From Dipteris shenzhenensis (lineage: Eukaryota), in NCBI GenBank assembly GCA_047967505.1, contig CM106538.1: 64,000 bases of DNA. One strand, given 5' to 3'. This document shows, piece by piece, positions 50,184-62,390 of the stretch. How positions within the stretch are numbered: position 1 is the stretch's first letter; every line of letters starts with the position of its first letter. The notes beneath the pieces were generated by a model, which saw only the letters and a program-made list of their open reading frames with translations, did no database searches and was not told the origin of the DNA. The position numbers were made by a program, and so were the translations under genes.

Positions 50184-50833
50184 CTGCATTGACCAATACA
50201 ATCAATTTAGAATATGATACACATTTCTTATTGATAGTTTGTGCCATCTGACTCACTAACAATCAAGGAGCTTATAGCCATAGCCAGATATATGACAGCC
50301 ATGTTTAATTGATCATTAAACACTGAAACTAAGAATGTTAGAGCTCTTACAGAAAGGGGAAGCCTTAAGCCATCAATTTATTTCACATGCTAAACATGAG
50401 CTGTGAACTTATGTTTCATCAAGTCGAAGAAATTTCATAATAATGTTTTTACCCATGATTCAATCACCCCTCTCCATCTTGAGAATTCCGTTACATATAC
50501 CCTCTCCATCATGAGAATTCCTTTACGTATTATTCAAATTACAGCAATATGGATTTACTGTCTGCTTTCAAGAAAGCTCTACAAGGAAAATCAGCAAAAA
50601 CGGCAACACCAAATGTATGACCACTATGAATATGTAAACGGCAGTACAAAATGATCTTGGGCACTTCTAAAAAAATCCTTGGCAAACTCCAACGTTTCTT
50701 GCATATCTTGCAAGAATCATCTGGCAGCATCATTTTTACTTCCCTTGAATCCTACCATTACTGGTGACTTAGGTAGAAATCCGTACATAAGCATAAAAGG
50801 CCTAAAACCTTGCATGACACAGACACACATACA

Positions 50834-51865
50834 CTTTTTTTTTGGTGAAATCATATATTTCTTTGTGGGAAACCTCAAAAAGAGGAAAGGAGGAGACACT
50901 TTTTTTTTAAGTGAAAGCTTTGATTGATTATATTACAAGAATAGTCACCTTCAAAAAAGAGGCGCTAGATAATACATCAACTAAAGATCTCAGTACAAGC
51001 CAAATATACATCCTGATCTGCTTGGAGAGCCTGCAAGCAATCAAAGAAAGATTGTTGCAGAGAACGCTCAAAGAAAGCAAACAAAGGAAAATTGGGATCG
51101 CTAAAGACTTTACAATTGCGGTCCGTCCATAAAGTCCAAAGTGCCCAATAGCGAACCCAAACAAAGAAAAGATGAAACTCTGATCGCTGTGGATGAAAAC
51201 CAAAGAGCCAAAAAAAATTCCCGAAGAGAACAGTGGGGAATCTCACTCATAGCCTCTATCGAAGAGAATCCACACACACACACACACACACACACACTTT
51301 CTTTCTTTTTTTGAAAACTTTTGATTGATTATATTACAAGAGTAGCACCTCCAAACGAGGCAACCAAAATTACATCAGCTGAAAATCTCAGTGTATGCTA
51401 GATACACTTTTTTTTTTCTTTTTGAAATCTTATATTTATGTGTGGGAAACCCCAAAAGAAGTAAAAACCCACCAATAAGTACAAAGGAAAAATTTACAAG
51501 TAAAGCCTCAGAGCAAAAGTCATGAGGCAGCCAAGTAAAAAGTTACATATCAAGCTAGAGAAGGATCAAACACAACATCCTCCAGCTTCAGATTATTGCT
51601 TTGTAAAAACTGATGCAGTGTAGAAACCACACCATCAATAAAAACAAGCTGTTTTTTGCCCTTGTGATTCTTCTTAATATAGCCGGGCACTCCAAATTTC
51701 TGAATCACAGGGTCAAAAACCTGTTGTAACATGGGTGGAAGAGAATCCAGTGAAAATGGCACATCTGCATCCCGAACAGAAGAAGACTCTGGCACAGGCA
51801 TCAACATCTGTATCCTCCAACGAACGAATTGCTTCTAATAAAGTAGGGCTCAGCATCTCAGCTAG
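50834..51865 (-). mobile_element. Stack of four short 5'-truncated LINE 3' ends separated by CA-rich spacers
   Basis: T runs at ~50834, 50900, 51298 and 51408, each preceded by CAC/(CA)n. Two pieces match the ORF1-only family 3' end and two match L1 ORF2 3' ends. Confidence 0.8.
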
Positions 51866-51986
51866 CACACACGCACACACACTTTTTTTGGTAAAATCCA
51901 TTGTATTTATAAGCTCATGAATTTACAATATGGGAAGTCTCCCACACACTAGCATAGAACTCCGAAAGAGAGCCCGATAGAAGAAC

Positions 51987-54900
51987 TCAAAAACAAGTAG
52001 AGAACACTTCAAGGCAAGTAGCATCCAAATCCCTTGCAGCAAGACTGTCATGTAAAGACTGCTTAAGGGACATTCTGAAGAAAATATATGCCTGAGGAAA
52101 CTGTTGACCCATCCTAGAATGCAGTCTCTGTGTCCAGATGGTCCATAATACCCAAAAGCGAGTCCAATGAAAGAAAAGGAGTAATGGAGACATCTGAGAT
52201 GAGCAGCATCCAAACATCCAGAAAAGTTTCCCAAATCTGATAGAAGGGAACCGAAGCCGCAGTAAATGAGAAACATGAGTGATCAATGTGCGAGAGTGCG
52301 GGCAAAACCATAATAAGTGAGGAACTGTCTCGCGGGGATGAGAGCAACGGGGGCAGAAAGGAGAAGCAATGCGGCGAGCTGCCAATTTCACCCCAATGGA
52401 AAAGGCTCCCACTATACATCTCCAAAAGAAAAGCCTCTGTTTCAATGGCAATTTGGTTTTCCAGATTTTCATGAGACGGGATTGCCACCAAGATAAAGGC
52501 CTATCCAAATTCCAAAGAGTGTTGGCATGCTTGTCAATCCATGGCTGTGGAAGAAGAAATCTGTAAACCTTCGAGGAAGTCAGATTGTGTATCGAGAGTG
52601 TATGTGTAGCAGGAGGTATGGAAGTCAAATTCCAGTCCATTAATCTGTCCTGTGCAAACAGTGGAGGAACCGGAACAAATGGCTGCAACATAGTTGAAAG
52701 TGTTCTCCAAATGGATCTATGATGCAGGCCCAAGGAGAATGTCCTGCAAGCTTGTGGAAATGAAAGTGTATAGCCTTGTTGATCCACAACATCACCAACA
52801 AATCTTATGCCCAATTTCATGAGATTATATGCTTTGATAGGTGCCTGTAAAGCGAGAGGCGATGCAAACACCTTGCTCCAATGGATGCTTTCCAATCGAA
52901 AAGAATTGCCATGATGAGAGGAAGCACCTGTCCATTTTGCATATGAAAGAATTCTCTTCCAATCATGAAGAAAAGCAGTAGAAACAGGGCAACCAGGAAT
53001 TTTTCCCTGAAAGGTAGATAAAACTGCTTCCCAGTGATCTGTAATCCAATGCCCATATGCATGGGAAGCCATGTTTCCACACATAGCTGCTAACATAATA
53101 GCCCATGGTTGTTTTTGCTGAAAAAAATCAGCAATCATAGTGCTCTTTCTTGCCAACATATGAACCTGGAGATTGAGAATATTCAGCCCCCCATGAGTCT
53201 TGGGTGAACAAATAGACTGCATAGGTAGTAGTCGCAAAGCTTTTTTAAGAGATTTGCTTTTCCAAAATATCTCCATAGCTTGGGACATATAAGAGGCCAA
53301 ATGCTTGAAAGACCAAGGAAGAAGAGGCAAATAAAATTGCACATATGCCATAATGATGGACTGTACTATCCGGAGTCGAACATGTAGAGGCCAAGTGGAC
53401 AAATGCCAGTATTCCAGCTTCTTATTGATCTTTTGAAGCACCCATTTGAGCTGTTGCTGCGGAGTAATATTCCAGCCAATGGGGTATCCGAGATGTCTGA
53501 CAATAGTAAGGGAAGAGATAATGTGGCCTGGCCAAAACAGTGCATGCCAATCAGCTTCTTTCAAAGCTAGAAGTTTTGATTTCTGAAAATTGATATGCAG
53601 TCCAGCAGCTATGCCAAAATCATTCAGTGTATGCATCAAACGAGAAAGATCACTTTGAGAATTCCTTGGCATGAAGAATGAATCATCAGCATAGGCCTGT
53701 GCAAGAAAAGACTGTGCCCCTGGAATTTGCAAACCATGAAGCTGTCCTGTATCTGTCAGATAGTCCATATGCAAGAGTAACGGATGGGTAGCAATGGCAT
53801 ACAGTAGGGAACTAAGAGGGCAACCCTGTCTCACTGAGCGAGTCATAGTCCAGGTTCTTGACAACCCACCACCAAGCAAGCACTGTGCCGTGGCGTGAGA
53901 ATAAAGCCAGTAAATGATGTGGACAAGTCAAGAGCCAAATCCCAATTTTTGCATAGTTTGAGAGATGAAATCCCAATGGACAGTATCAAAAGCTTTCGCA
54001 ATGTCTACTTGCAGAATGAGAACATCTTGTTTAGAATATTTGGCATACTCAATCGCAAGCAAGGCATTGGAGATATTGTCAGTGATCTGCCTTCTGGGGA
54101 CAAACCCATACTGCCTAGGATGAAGTCCTGCTTGCAAGAGGAAGCGAACCCTGAGGACAATCATTTTAGCAATGAGTTTGTAAATGACAGGCATGAGGGA
54201 TATAGGCCGCCAATAAGCCATCGTCTCACACAACCTTTTTTTGGGAATCAATTTTACTAGGCCATGTTTCCAGGATGGAGGAAGAGATTGTTCTGCCCAA
54301 GCATGATTGATCATTAGAAGGAGAGTATTCTTGAGATCACCCCAAAATGCACGGAAGAATTCAACAGTCAGTCCATCCCAACCAGGGGAGCTGCTTTTGC
54401 GTAGATGACTCAAAGCATCTTCCAGTTCACTAAGCATAAAAGGCTGTTCCAATGCATGGGCCTGTTCCCGAGATACTATGGGCTGAACATGCATAAGAAA
54501 TTGAGACCTGGCTGCATTTACTTGCATCAAATGATCAGGTTGAGAGGAAAGGAGCTGCTGAAAGTGACTAGAACATTGCAATTCCAAGTCTGATTTGGAA
54601 GTGGTCCAGGTGCCATCAGCCTTCTTGATCCTGCAAATATCCTCCTTTCGCCTATCCGCATGGAGACTTTTAAAAAAGGCTTTGGAGGAGCAGCCCTTAT
54701 CCAAAAGGGGTTTCATACGAGCTCGGATTTGCCACTTCTTTAATTTGCGAAGATCATTTTGATGGATGATATGAACCGCATAAGCACAAGAATCCTGTTC
54801 AGAAGAAGTAAGCTGCCTATGAGAACTGATTGCATCCATTTGCTGCTTGTGGGATTGAGCCCATTTTATCTTGAGCCGAAGGTTTTCCATGTAACTCCGT

Positions 54901-55805
54901 CCATAGTCTTGAATAACAGCCTGTAAACGATGAGCAAGGCTGATCCAAGCAAAATCCATATCCTCCTGAGCATGTAAGAGGAGGGGACGGACAGCCACTC
55001 TCACCATGTTCTGAAATTGTTGATGAAGCAAGTAGGCACTATTAACATGGAGCAAGCGATGACCAAAAAAAGGCATATCATCTGTCAGACGTGCTATTGA
55101 TAATGTCAAGCATACTGGGAAATGATCAGATAGCAGGAGGGAGTGATCAATCCGCAATGTACATGTGAAATCAGCATACTGCTGAGCATGCAGCAAATAC
55201 CATCTGTCAAGTCGAGCCCAGTAATGATTAAAAGCATTGTGATGATATGTATAACCCATATCTGTGTCCCTTGTTGAGAGCCATAGATCTTCAGCATGCA
55301 GAGATGAGAGCATATCTTCCCAATGTCGGAACTCAGTGGGGATCATGTGAGAGCGATGAGTAGTATTATCTTGGGAGGCAGGCGAATTGTTAAAGTCTCC
55401 ACACAAAAAAGCATTGGAAAGCCATGGGTATTGTTTGAGGGAGTCCCACATTTGAGCTCTAGTCGCAAAAGTTTGTGAGGCATAAACAGATGCTATTTCA
55501 TAGAGAGTATCCTGCCAGGTGCACCTGATCACCATCCATCGACCCTGAGGATCATTGTGGGCCACCGTGGGCTGTATATCATGTTTTACAAGCATGCAAA
55601 CCCCCGAAAAGTGCATTGTACCAGCATAAAAAATATCATAACCAGCATAGTGGCCTTGCTGACCAGCCAAGAAATGTTGATTGTGTTCTTGTAAGGAGAT
55701 CACATCGGGATGCATTCTATGTACATAATGCCAGAAGAGTCTCCACTTATTGGCATTGCAAAGACCCTGAACATTGTATGTAATGCAAGTGATTGAAGTA
55801 GACAT
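51987..55805 (-). pseudogene. LINE ORF2 (APE endonuclease, RT, zf-RVT), 1273 codons with a single in-frame stop
   Basis: TYNVQGL, LQEH, GDFN, RLDRWY, SDHFPV, DIAKAFD, RQGCPLS, YADD and CPRC motifs. TGA at 53928-53930 is in frame with the downstream 630-aa ORF. Confidence 0.93.
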
Positions 55806-55852
55806 AAAAGATATGTACAGTCAAACCAAAAGGCAGAATAGAATGTAAACTG

Positions 55853-57097
55853 TCAGGCCTCAGCCATGACATCAACATCCACCTGGGCTCCTGGATCATT
55901 AGCTCTATGATCCTCATCATTATCACATACAGGGATGCCTCTTTTTAGCACATCAACCCACAGTTGAGAAGCAAGGCTGTCAGCAGGGGAAGAGGTCTGG
56001 CCAGGGGTAGAAATTGAAGCATCCCAATGGCGAGATTGTAGTGGACGTGGTTTGAGAGCAAAAACCTTTTTGGGTTGCTGCCAGGCACCCTGGGGAGAGA
56101 CATGAGATTCTGAAATTTTGCCCTTACCCTTATCCTTTTGCTTAGCTGAAACCTGAAGTACATTTTCCTTGGAAGGGACAGATTTGAGAGCCACATCACC
56201 CAGTTTGGTAGGCATTGCCTTAGACCCCGAGGGATAAGTCGGAGGGGGAGTATTTTCTGGAGCAATAGCTGTGGGAGGAAGCTGATGCAGAACTGCAGGA
56301 CACTGTGAGGCTAAGTGGCCAAACTTATGGCATGTGAAACAAGCCCCTGCAAAAACTCCCCATTTCAAGTCAAAATATTTTTCACCAAGGGGAACATCCT
56401 CCACTTCGACCGCAATGGAAGGAGGGGTTGGGTGATCTGTATCCCAAAGAATACAAAAGCGATTGCGATTACCCGAAGGGCGGGGTGGGCAAACAACTTG
56501 CCCCAAAGTGGCTGCCAAACTTGGTAACTCAGCCCTCATATAGTCTGGAAAATCCACTACCTCAACCCATACGGGGCAATGATGTCGAATGAGGCTGTGG
56601 TAATCTTTGTTTGGCGACCATGGCATGACATGCACCATTTGTCTGCCATAGAAAAGGGGCGACATCTCCAAAATCTGCTGGCGATATGAGGCATCTGAAA
56701 AGTGTACCTCATAAAAACCCCTAGAAGCAAAATATACCCCTTCAACAAAGCAGCCTCCCAACAATGCCTGAACCCATTGAGCCACATCATTTGCTGAAGG
56801 AAGCTTTCCTGGGAAGAAGATAATAACTGCTTGCTGAGAGAATTTTCGAAGAGGAGCAACCAATGATGGAAGCTTCAACTTGTATTTGATGGCCGGGGGA
56901 GGTTTGGCCCACTCCTTCCGGCTGTACTGAAATTCATCTTTAAGCATATCAAAGACATAGTGAGCGTCGACCGAATCTGTAGTAGAAAAATCAACCTGTT
57001 GTCTTTTGGAGTCCCGGGTCGACTCCTTACGAGAGTAGCTTTTGAACTGATCTTCCATGAAGAGAAGCAGGGCAGGATTGAAGGAAGGGCAGAGCAA
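55853..57097 (-). CDS. LINE ORF1 protein (DUF4283-like region plus CCHC zinc knuckle)
   Basis: Open 414-aa frame with RGFYEVHF, VMPWSP, PVWVEV and CFTCHKFGHLASQCP. The true start codon is uncertain. Confidence 0.88.
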   Translation of the reverse strand: MLCPSFNPALLLFMEDQFKSYSRKESTRDSKRQQVDFSTTDSVDAHYVFDMLKDEFQYSRKEWAKPPPAIKYKLKLPSLVAPLRKFSQQAVIIFFPGKLPSANDVAQWVQALLGGCFVEGVYFASRGFYEVHFSDASYRQQILEMSPLFYGRQMVHVMPWSPNKDYHSLIRHHCPVWVEVVDFPDYMRAELPSLAATLGQVVCPPRPSGNRNRFCILWDTDHPTPPSIAVEVEDVPLGEKYFDLKWGVFAGACFTCHKFGHLASQCPAVLHQLPPTAIAPENTPPPTYPSGSKAMPTKLGDVALKSVPSKENVLQVSAKQKDKGKGKISESHVSPQGAWQQPKKVFALKPRPLQSRHWDASISTPGQTSSPADSLASQLWVDVLKRGIPVCDNDEDHRANDPGAQVDVDVMAEA

Positions 57098-57519
57098 AGA
57101 AGGGCTGTACGGACGAAGAATAAGCTAGAGATGCGAGCTGTACGGAAAGAAGGAAGAAGCAGGGAGAATAAAGACTGTACGAATTTCGGAAGTGGAGAGG
57201 GGGCTGACGCAACAGGCAGGACTGTGTGTACGGAAAAGGGCAAGAGATACGACGGTGAAACAAGGAAGAAAGCGTAGGGCAAGCTGACGGGACGGAGCAG
57301 CGCAGGAGGAGAGAAGAGTGGCTGTACGGCGTCCGTACGAAAGTACGGCGTCCGTACAGTTGTACGGACAGAACGCAGGAGCGAGTGGAAGAACGAGGGG
57401 AACGCGGACGTGTACGGAGAGCGCAGGTACGATCAGAGACCACGAGTCGAATTCGTTTCTCTCGCGCACATGGAATCCCTCGCCGTCGTCACTTCTCCTC
57501 CACCACCACGCACACCCAC

Positions 57520-57609
57520 ACCCACACACACACACACACACATGCTCAACCCACACACACACACACTTTTTTTGGTAAAATCCACACACACACACACACC
57601 AATAAGAGC

Positions 57610-57642
<33 letters not shown>

Positions 57643-57709
57643 CAGACACACACACACTACACACTCTCTCTCTCACACACACACACACACCACACACCAC
57701 ACACGGCAC

Positions 57710-57743
<34 letters not shown>
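57520..57743. repeat. Compound (CA)n microsatellite with embedded tiny LINE tips
   Basis: About 220 bp of CA repeats interrupted by TTTTTTTGGTAAAATCC and CCAATAAG. Confidence 0.9.
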
Positions 57744-57745
<2 letters not shown>

Positions 57746-59220
57746 TTTTTTTTAGTAAAATCTTTATATTTCTGTGTGGGAAACCTCAAAAGAGGTAAAA
57801 ACCCACCAATAAGTACAAGAAAAAAGTTTTTACAAGTAAAACCTCAGAGCAAAAGTCATGAGGTAGCCAAGTAAAAAGTTACATATCAAGCTGGAGGAGA
57901 GTCAAACACAGCATCCTCCAGCTTCAAATTGTTCTGCTGTAAAAACTAATGTAGTGATGAAACCACACCATCAATAAAAACAAGTTGTTTTTTGCCCTTG
58001 TGAAGATTCCAGTAAAAAAGGTACTTCCGCATCCCTGACAGAAGAAGACTCTGGCACAGGCATCAAAGGCAGAGAAGCTAAATCAACATCCGTATCTTCC
58101 GATGAAAAAGCTGCATCTGATGAAGCAGGGTTCAGCATTTGAGCTTCATTCGGAGGATCAATCTAAGTAAGAGCAGGGGCAGTATCCTGAGAGAGAGCAT
58201 GCATGTCATCTTGTAAATTGCCCTCTGCAAGGGGTACATCCATATCCTGAGTAGAAGATAACTGATGGTGCTCAACAAGGGTGCAATCCTGAGCTTCTTC
58301 AGCAAGAGGAAGATTTGCCTGTGATTTATCAACCTTCCTCAAGTACTGCTTCGAAGCAGTAGAGGGCTTCGCCAAAGAAGCCATAGCAGAAACCGGAGAA
58401 GAAGGGAGAGTAACCAGAAGGATCGAAAAGCGGATCCGAGGGCATAACATAGGCGAAGAAACCCGCTCTCGGAACGCCAACATCATTGACAAGGGGGCTA
58501 CCACCTCAGTCGAAGTGCATTGGGCATAGTAAAATCCTTTGCCTAGAAAGACAAAGGAAGAAATACAATCCAGACCCACTGCAACATCAGCCCAATGACG
58601 GAGCTAAGCTGAAGATAAAACCCTGCCCATGAAGTATAGGCAGACTCCAAATTGTTGAGCCTGTCGAAGACCAGAGACCAAAAGGGCAAAAGCCAAGGAA
58701 CAAACAAGCAGGAAACTCGATGAAGGAACTTCTATAACAGAGGCAGAGCACAATTGGCGAAGAAGATCCAACTGGAGAGAAGAAGAAGAGCCATCAGAAT
58801 TATCCAGCTTTGCCGATTTGATGAAAGGTGAGGCAGGCAGACCACCATGCTTTCCCTAAAGGAACACACGAGTAGGAGCAGAGGCAGGAGGAGGTGCCGA
58901 GGCCGAGAAAACAAAAGAGAGAGGGGACTGTACAGGTTGTACGGACTTCCGTACATACTGTACGGTCGACCGTACAGCCTGTACGGAAGTCCATATAGCA
59001 AGAACGGAGGGTTGGACCCTACGGGAGACTGCGCAGGAGATTGTACGGGCAGCGGTATAGAAGGCAGCAGCCTACACGTCAACGGTACGGAAAACCGTAC
59101 AGCTGTACGAAAGACATAGGAGCTGGCAGGGTCAGGGATTGTACGGACGGGGATTGTACGGATGGGGATGGTACGAACGGAAACAAGGAGGGAGAGAAAG
59201 CGGGCTCCATCGCTCGCTCT
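57744..59220 (-). mobile_element. ORF1-only non-autonomous LINE, diverged and internally deleted copy
   Basis: FVFLGKGFYYAQC and the same C-terminal block and 3' UTR as 10415-12482. Poly(A) tail, (CA)n flanks. Confidence 0.8.
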
Positions 59221-59286
59221 CCACACACACACACTACACACACACACACATGCACGCACGCACGCATGCGCGTGCATGCACACACG

Positions 59287-61262
59287 TTTTTTTTTTTAGT
59301 GAAATCTTTTATTTCTGTGTGGGAAGCCTCAAAAAGAGGTGAAAACCCACCAATAAGTACAAAGGAAAAATTTACAAGTAAAGCCTCAGAGAGAAAAACT
59401 CATGAGGCAGCCAAGTAAAAAGTTACATATCAGTTGGAGGAGGATCCAACAAAACATCATCCATTTTCAGATTATTTACTTGCAGAAAGTGATGCAAGGG
59501 AGTGACATCTCCATGAATAAAACAAAGCTGTTTTTTACCCTTGTGATTCTTCTTAATACAGGCTAGGAGCCGAAACTTCTGAACCACGGGATCAAAAACC
59601 TGGTGCAACCAAGGATGAAAGGACTCCAGTGAAAAAGAAACATCAGGATCCAAAACTGAGAGGCTCTATAAAGGGGTAGGCAGCTCAATAAGCTACACCA
59701 GAGAAAAGGGAATATCTACATCCGGAATAACAGTATCTGCAGCTGAAGGAGACGGTAGATTTTCTTCCACTTCTTGCATAAAAGCAAAATTTTGCAGCAT
59801 TGAAGAAGAATCTAACAAAACAACTTCAGGTGTCGAAGTAACAACAAGAACCAGATCACAAGGAACCTGACAAGGTGACACTGTGGAGAGTGGATCTAGA
59901 AGCAAAATGATTTGAATCCGTAACCAACTTAACCTCCTGAACTTTCCTCCAAACTTTAGAAGGTTTAAAAAAATGCCCGACTTCCAGGGTACTGGAGGAG
60001 GAAAGAGAAACTGAAGGAACCATAGTAGAAGGAGCAGAAATCTTCGAAGGAGGAGCTGAAGTAGAAGAAGGGCATGCTCTAGCAAAATGGCCTAACTGGC
60101 GACATTTATAGCAAGCATTAGGAAAAGAGGCAAAGCGAAGTGGAATCCGGAAAGGATGAGAAAAACCAAAGTCCGCTTCCAGACACGAAGGGATCAACTG
60201 CTCCATGTCCCGGTGACCAAGAAATCTTGCTTGGGAATGAAAAGAACACGGCCGAGCAGAGCGGCAAGAGAAGGGACGTGCTGAAGAAGCGGGACCGGCA
60301 AATCTTTAAGAGTAACCCAAACAAGACAGAAGTGGAGGAGGGAGCGGGTTGGATCAAAAAGAGGATCCCAAGGCATAACAACTGCAAAGTGACCTACTCC
60401 ATGAACTCCACCCAAATTAAGCATATGAAAGACAGTGTCCACAGAGTCACAATGAGCAAAATAAAATCCCTTGCCCATGAAAACAAAATAAAGTAAAGGG
60501 AAACACCAAGTTGTTGTTTCTGGTGGATACTTTGAGCAAAGGTTCAGGGGAAAAAGTTCGTCGTAAAGAAATTCCAACAGCAGAGGGTAAGGCCACCGAA
60601 TCAGCACACAATTGGCGAAGAAAGTCTTGTTGAAGCGAGAAAGAGGGAAAGGCAGAAGAATAGAATTTGGCAGCCTTTACCCCTTTGAAAAATGACGGTG
60701 ACAGGGAATCCCTTTTCTTCTTCCGAGCATAGTGAAACATAGGAGAGGGGACGCTGGAAAGGTTAGGAGAGGAAAAGGAAAGAGGAACAGGGAACGGAGA
60801 GGATACAGGGAAATCGAAGTGGAGGTAGGAAGGGACAAATTGGCTGAAAAAAAGGGATGAGAAGAGGAGAAGGCAGCCAAGTGGCGTGGAGGATGCCCTT
60901 TGCGAAGCTGGAAAGGTACGGACGACACCTGGACAGAAACAGGTACGGACAGCAAAGGCGGCTGAGAAGGTACAGATGACTGCAGGCAGGGTATGGGCTA
61001 CTGCAGGCAGGGTGCGGACAGCAGGCAAGTTGGAAGAATTGATGACGGGATCTATACAGATTGCTGCAGGGACTGTACAGACTGGAACGGGCTGTATACG
61101 GACGATGGGGACAGAGGTACGGACATTTGCGAGGGCTGTACGGATGAAGGCAAGGAAAGTACAGGCAGGTACAAACATGATACGGAGGATGGCAGAGGTA
61201 CGGAAGCAGTAACGGGCAGGGAGGGGGGAGCAAGAGAGCTCTCCATGCTCACTGCGTCCATG
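59287..61262 (-). mobile_element. ORF1-only non-autonomous LINE, full-length copy
   Basis: Disrupted ORF at 61246->59423 starting MESSLAPPSLPV, with HYARKKKRDSLSP, VMPWDPLFDP and CYKCRQLGHFARACP. Colinear with 10415-12482. Confidence 0.85.
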
Positions 61263-61275
61263 CACACACACACAC

Positions 61276-61530
61276 TTTTTTTTTGGGCGAAATCTTTGAT
61301 TGATTATATTATATGAGTAGCAACCTCAAAACAAGGTGCTACAATTACATCAACTGAAAATTTCAGTATATGCCAAAAAGACCTCATGCGACTCTATAAG
61401 CAATCAAAGAAAGATTGATGCAGAGAACACCTAAAAAAGCCAAACAGAGAGAAAGTAGGATCACCAAAGACTTTATAATTCCTATATGTCCATAAAGTCC
61501 ATAGTGCCCCGTAGCGAACCCAGCGTAGGA
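61276..61530 (-). mobile_element. L1 3' fragment
   Basis: T run after (CA)n, WVRY.ALWTLW-like remnant, 3' end shared with the 50900 and 51298 pieces. Confidence 0.75.
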
Positions 61531-61829
61531 AGCTTGCCTTATAGAGCATAATAACCTACCCAAGGTACAAAATTAAGAGCTCGAATGCACTCTATTCTAT
61601 TCTTTCTAGTCTTTTTAATGCTAGTTTTTGTATTATTGTTTTACATATGAATAGAATCTTAACAATGAACTGTGAACATTAATGTAGAAGGACCTTTAGA
61701 TCAAAATCTCTCAAAATTCTACATCTTAAAGTGATGATACGAACATTTTGAAGTCCTAGCCAAACCAATGATACCAGCCTTCCAAGGGGGGGGGAATTAT
61801 GATACTAATCTTTCAAATACTTGGCTAAG

Positions 61830-62185
61830 TATCACTCATACCACCTATCATGATATACACTTCGACCGTAGTCTTTCACCTAGGTATTCAGCCCGCCTTT
61901 ATACACTTCTCACATATATTGATTTCATACCCCTTCTAGAGGGCTGCACGTCTCTGATCACCCGTTCACTTCACGAGGCTACCCTTCACACCTTCCTTCA
62001 CACTACTCGCTCCACTTGTCCACCACCACCTGTGACCGTCCCTTGTAATAGTTGGTACGATGATGAGTACAAGGCTCTATGCCGTCAGCTTAGATTCGAA
62101 ACCAAACACAAACTTCCGAGAGAGCCAGAGATGATGCATGAGTACCCTCGATTACCGCATAGGAAGACATTTAATCATCAGTCTC
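61830..62185 (+). mobile_element. RTE-X-like ORF2 internal fragment
   Basis: TYHDIHFDRSLS...PCNSWYDDE, homologous to 20050-20400. Confidence 0.75.
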
Positions 62186-62390
62186 AATATACCTAGATGA
62201 ATCCAAAAACATTCCCAAACTCATCCTCTAAAAACACAACATAGTGCCGTTGCAATCTCATGATAGTCACTCATAAGATTGAAAACCATAAACTCCATCA
62301 CGCATAGCAAGGACTAGCTACTATGACATCCCCACTCACGTCATCAGCGCCCAACAATAGGTGTAGACCATAGTATAAAAATATTCTCAC

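Larger units (their letters stand above)
51883..57520 (-). mobile_element. Near-intact full-length L1-clade LINE (~5.6 kb) flanked by (CA)n
   Basis: ORF1 at 57097-55853, ORF2 at 55805-51987, poly(A) at 51883-51889, CA repeats at both ends. Confidence 0.96.

Noticed and set aside
57125-57874. His/Thr- and Cys/Val-rich ORFs
   Set aside because: Translations of the (CA)n microsatellite.
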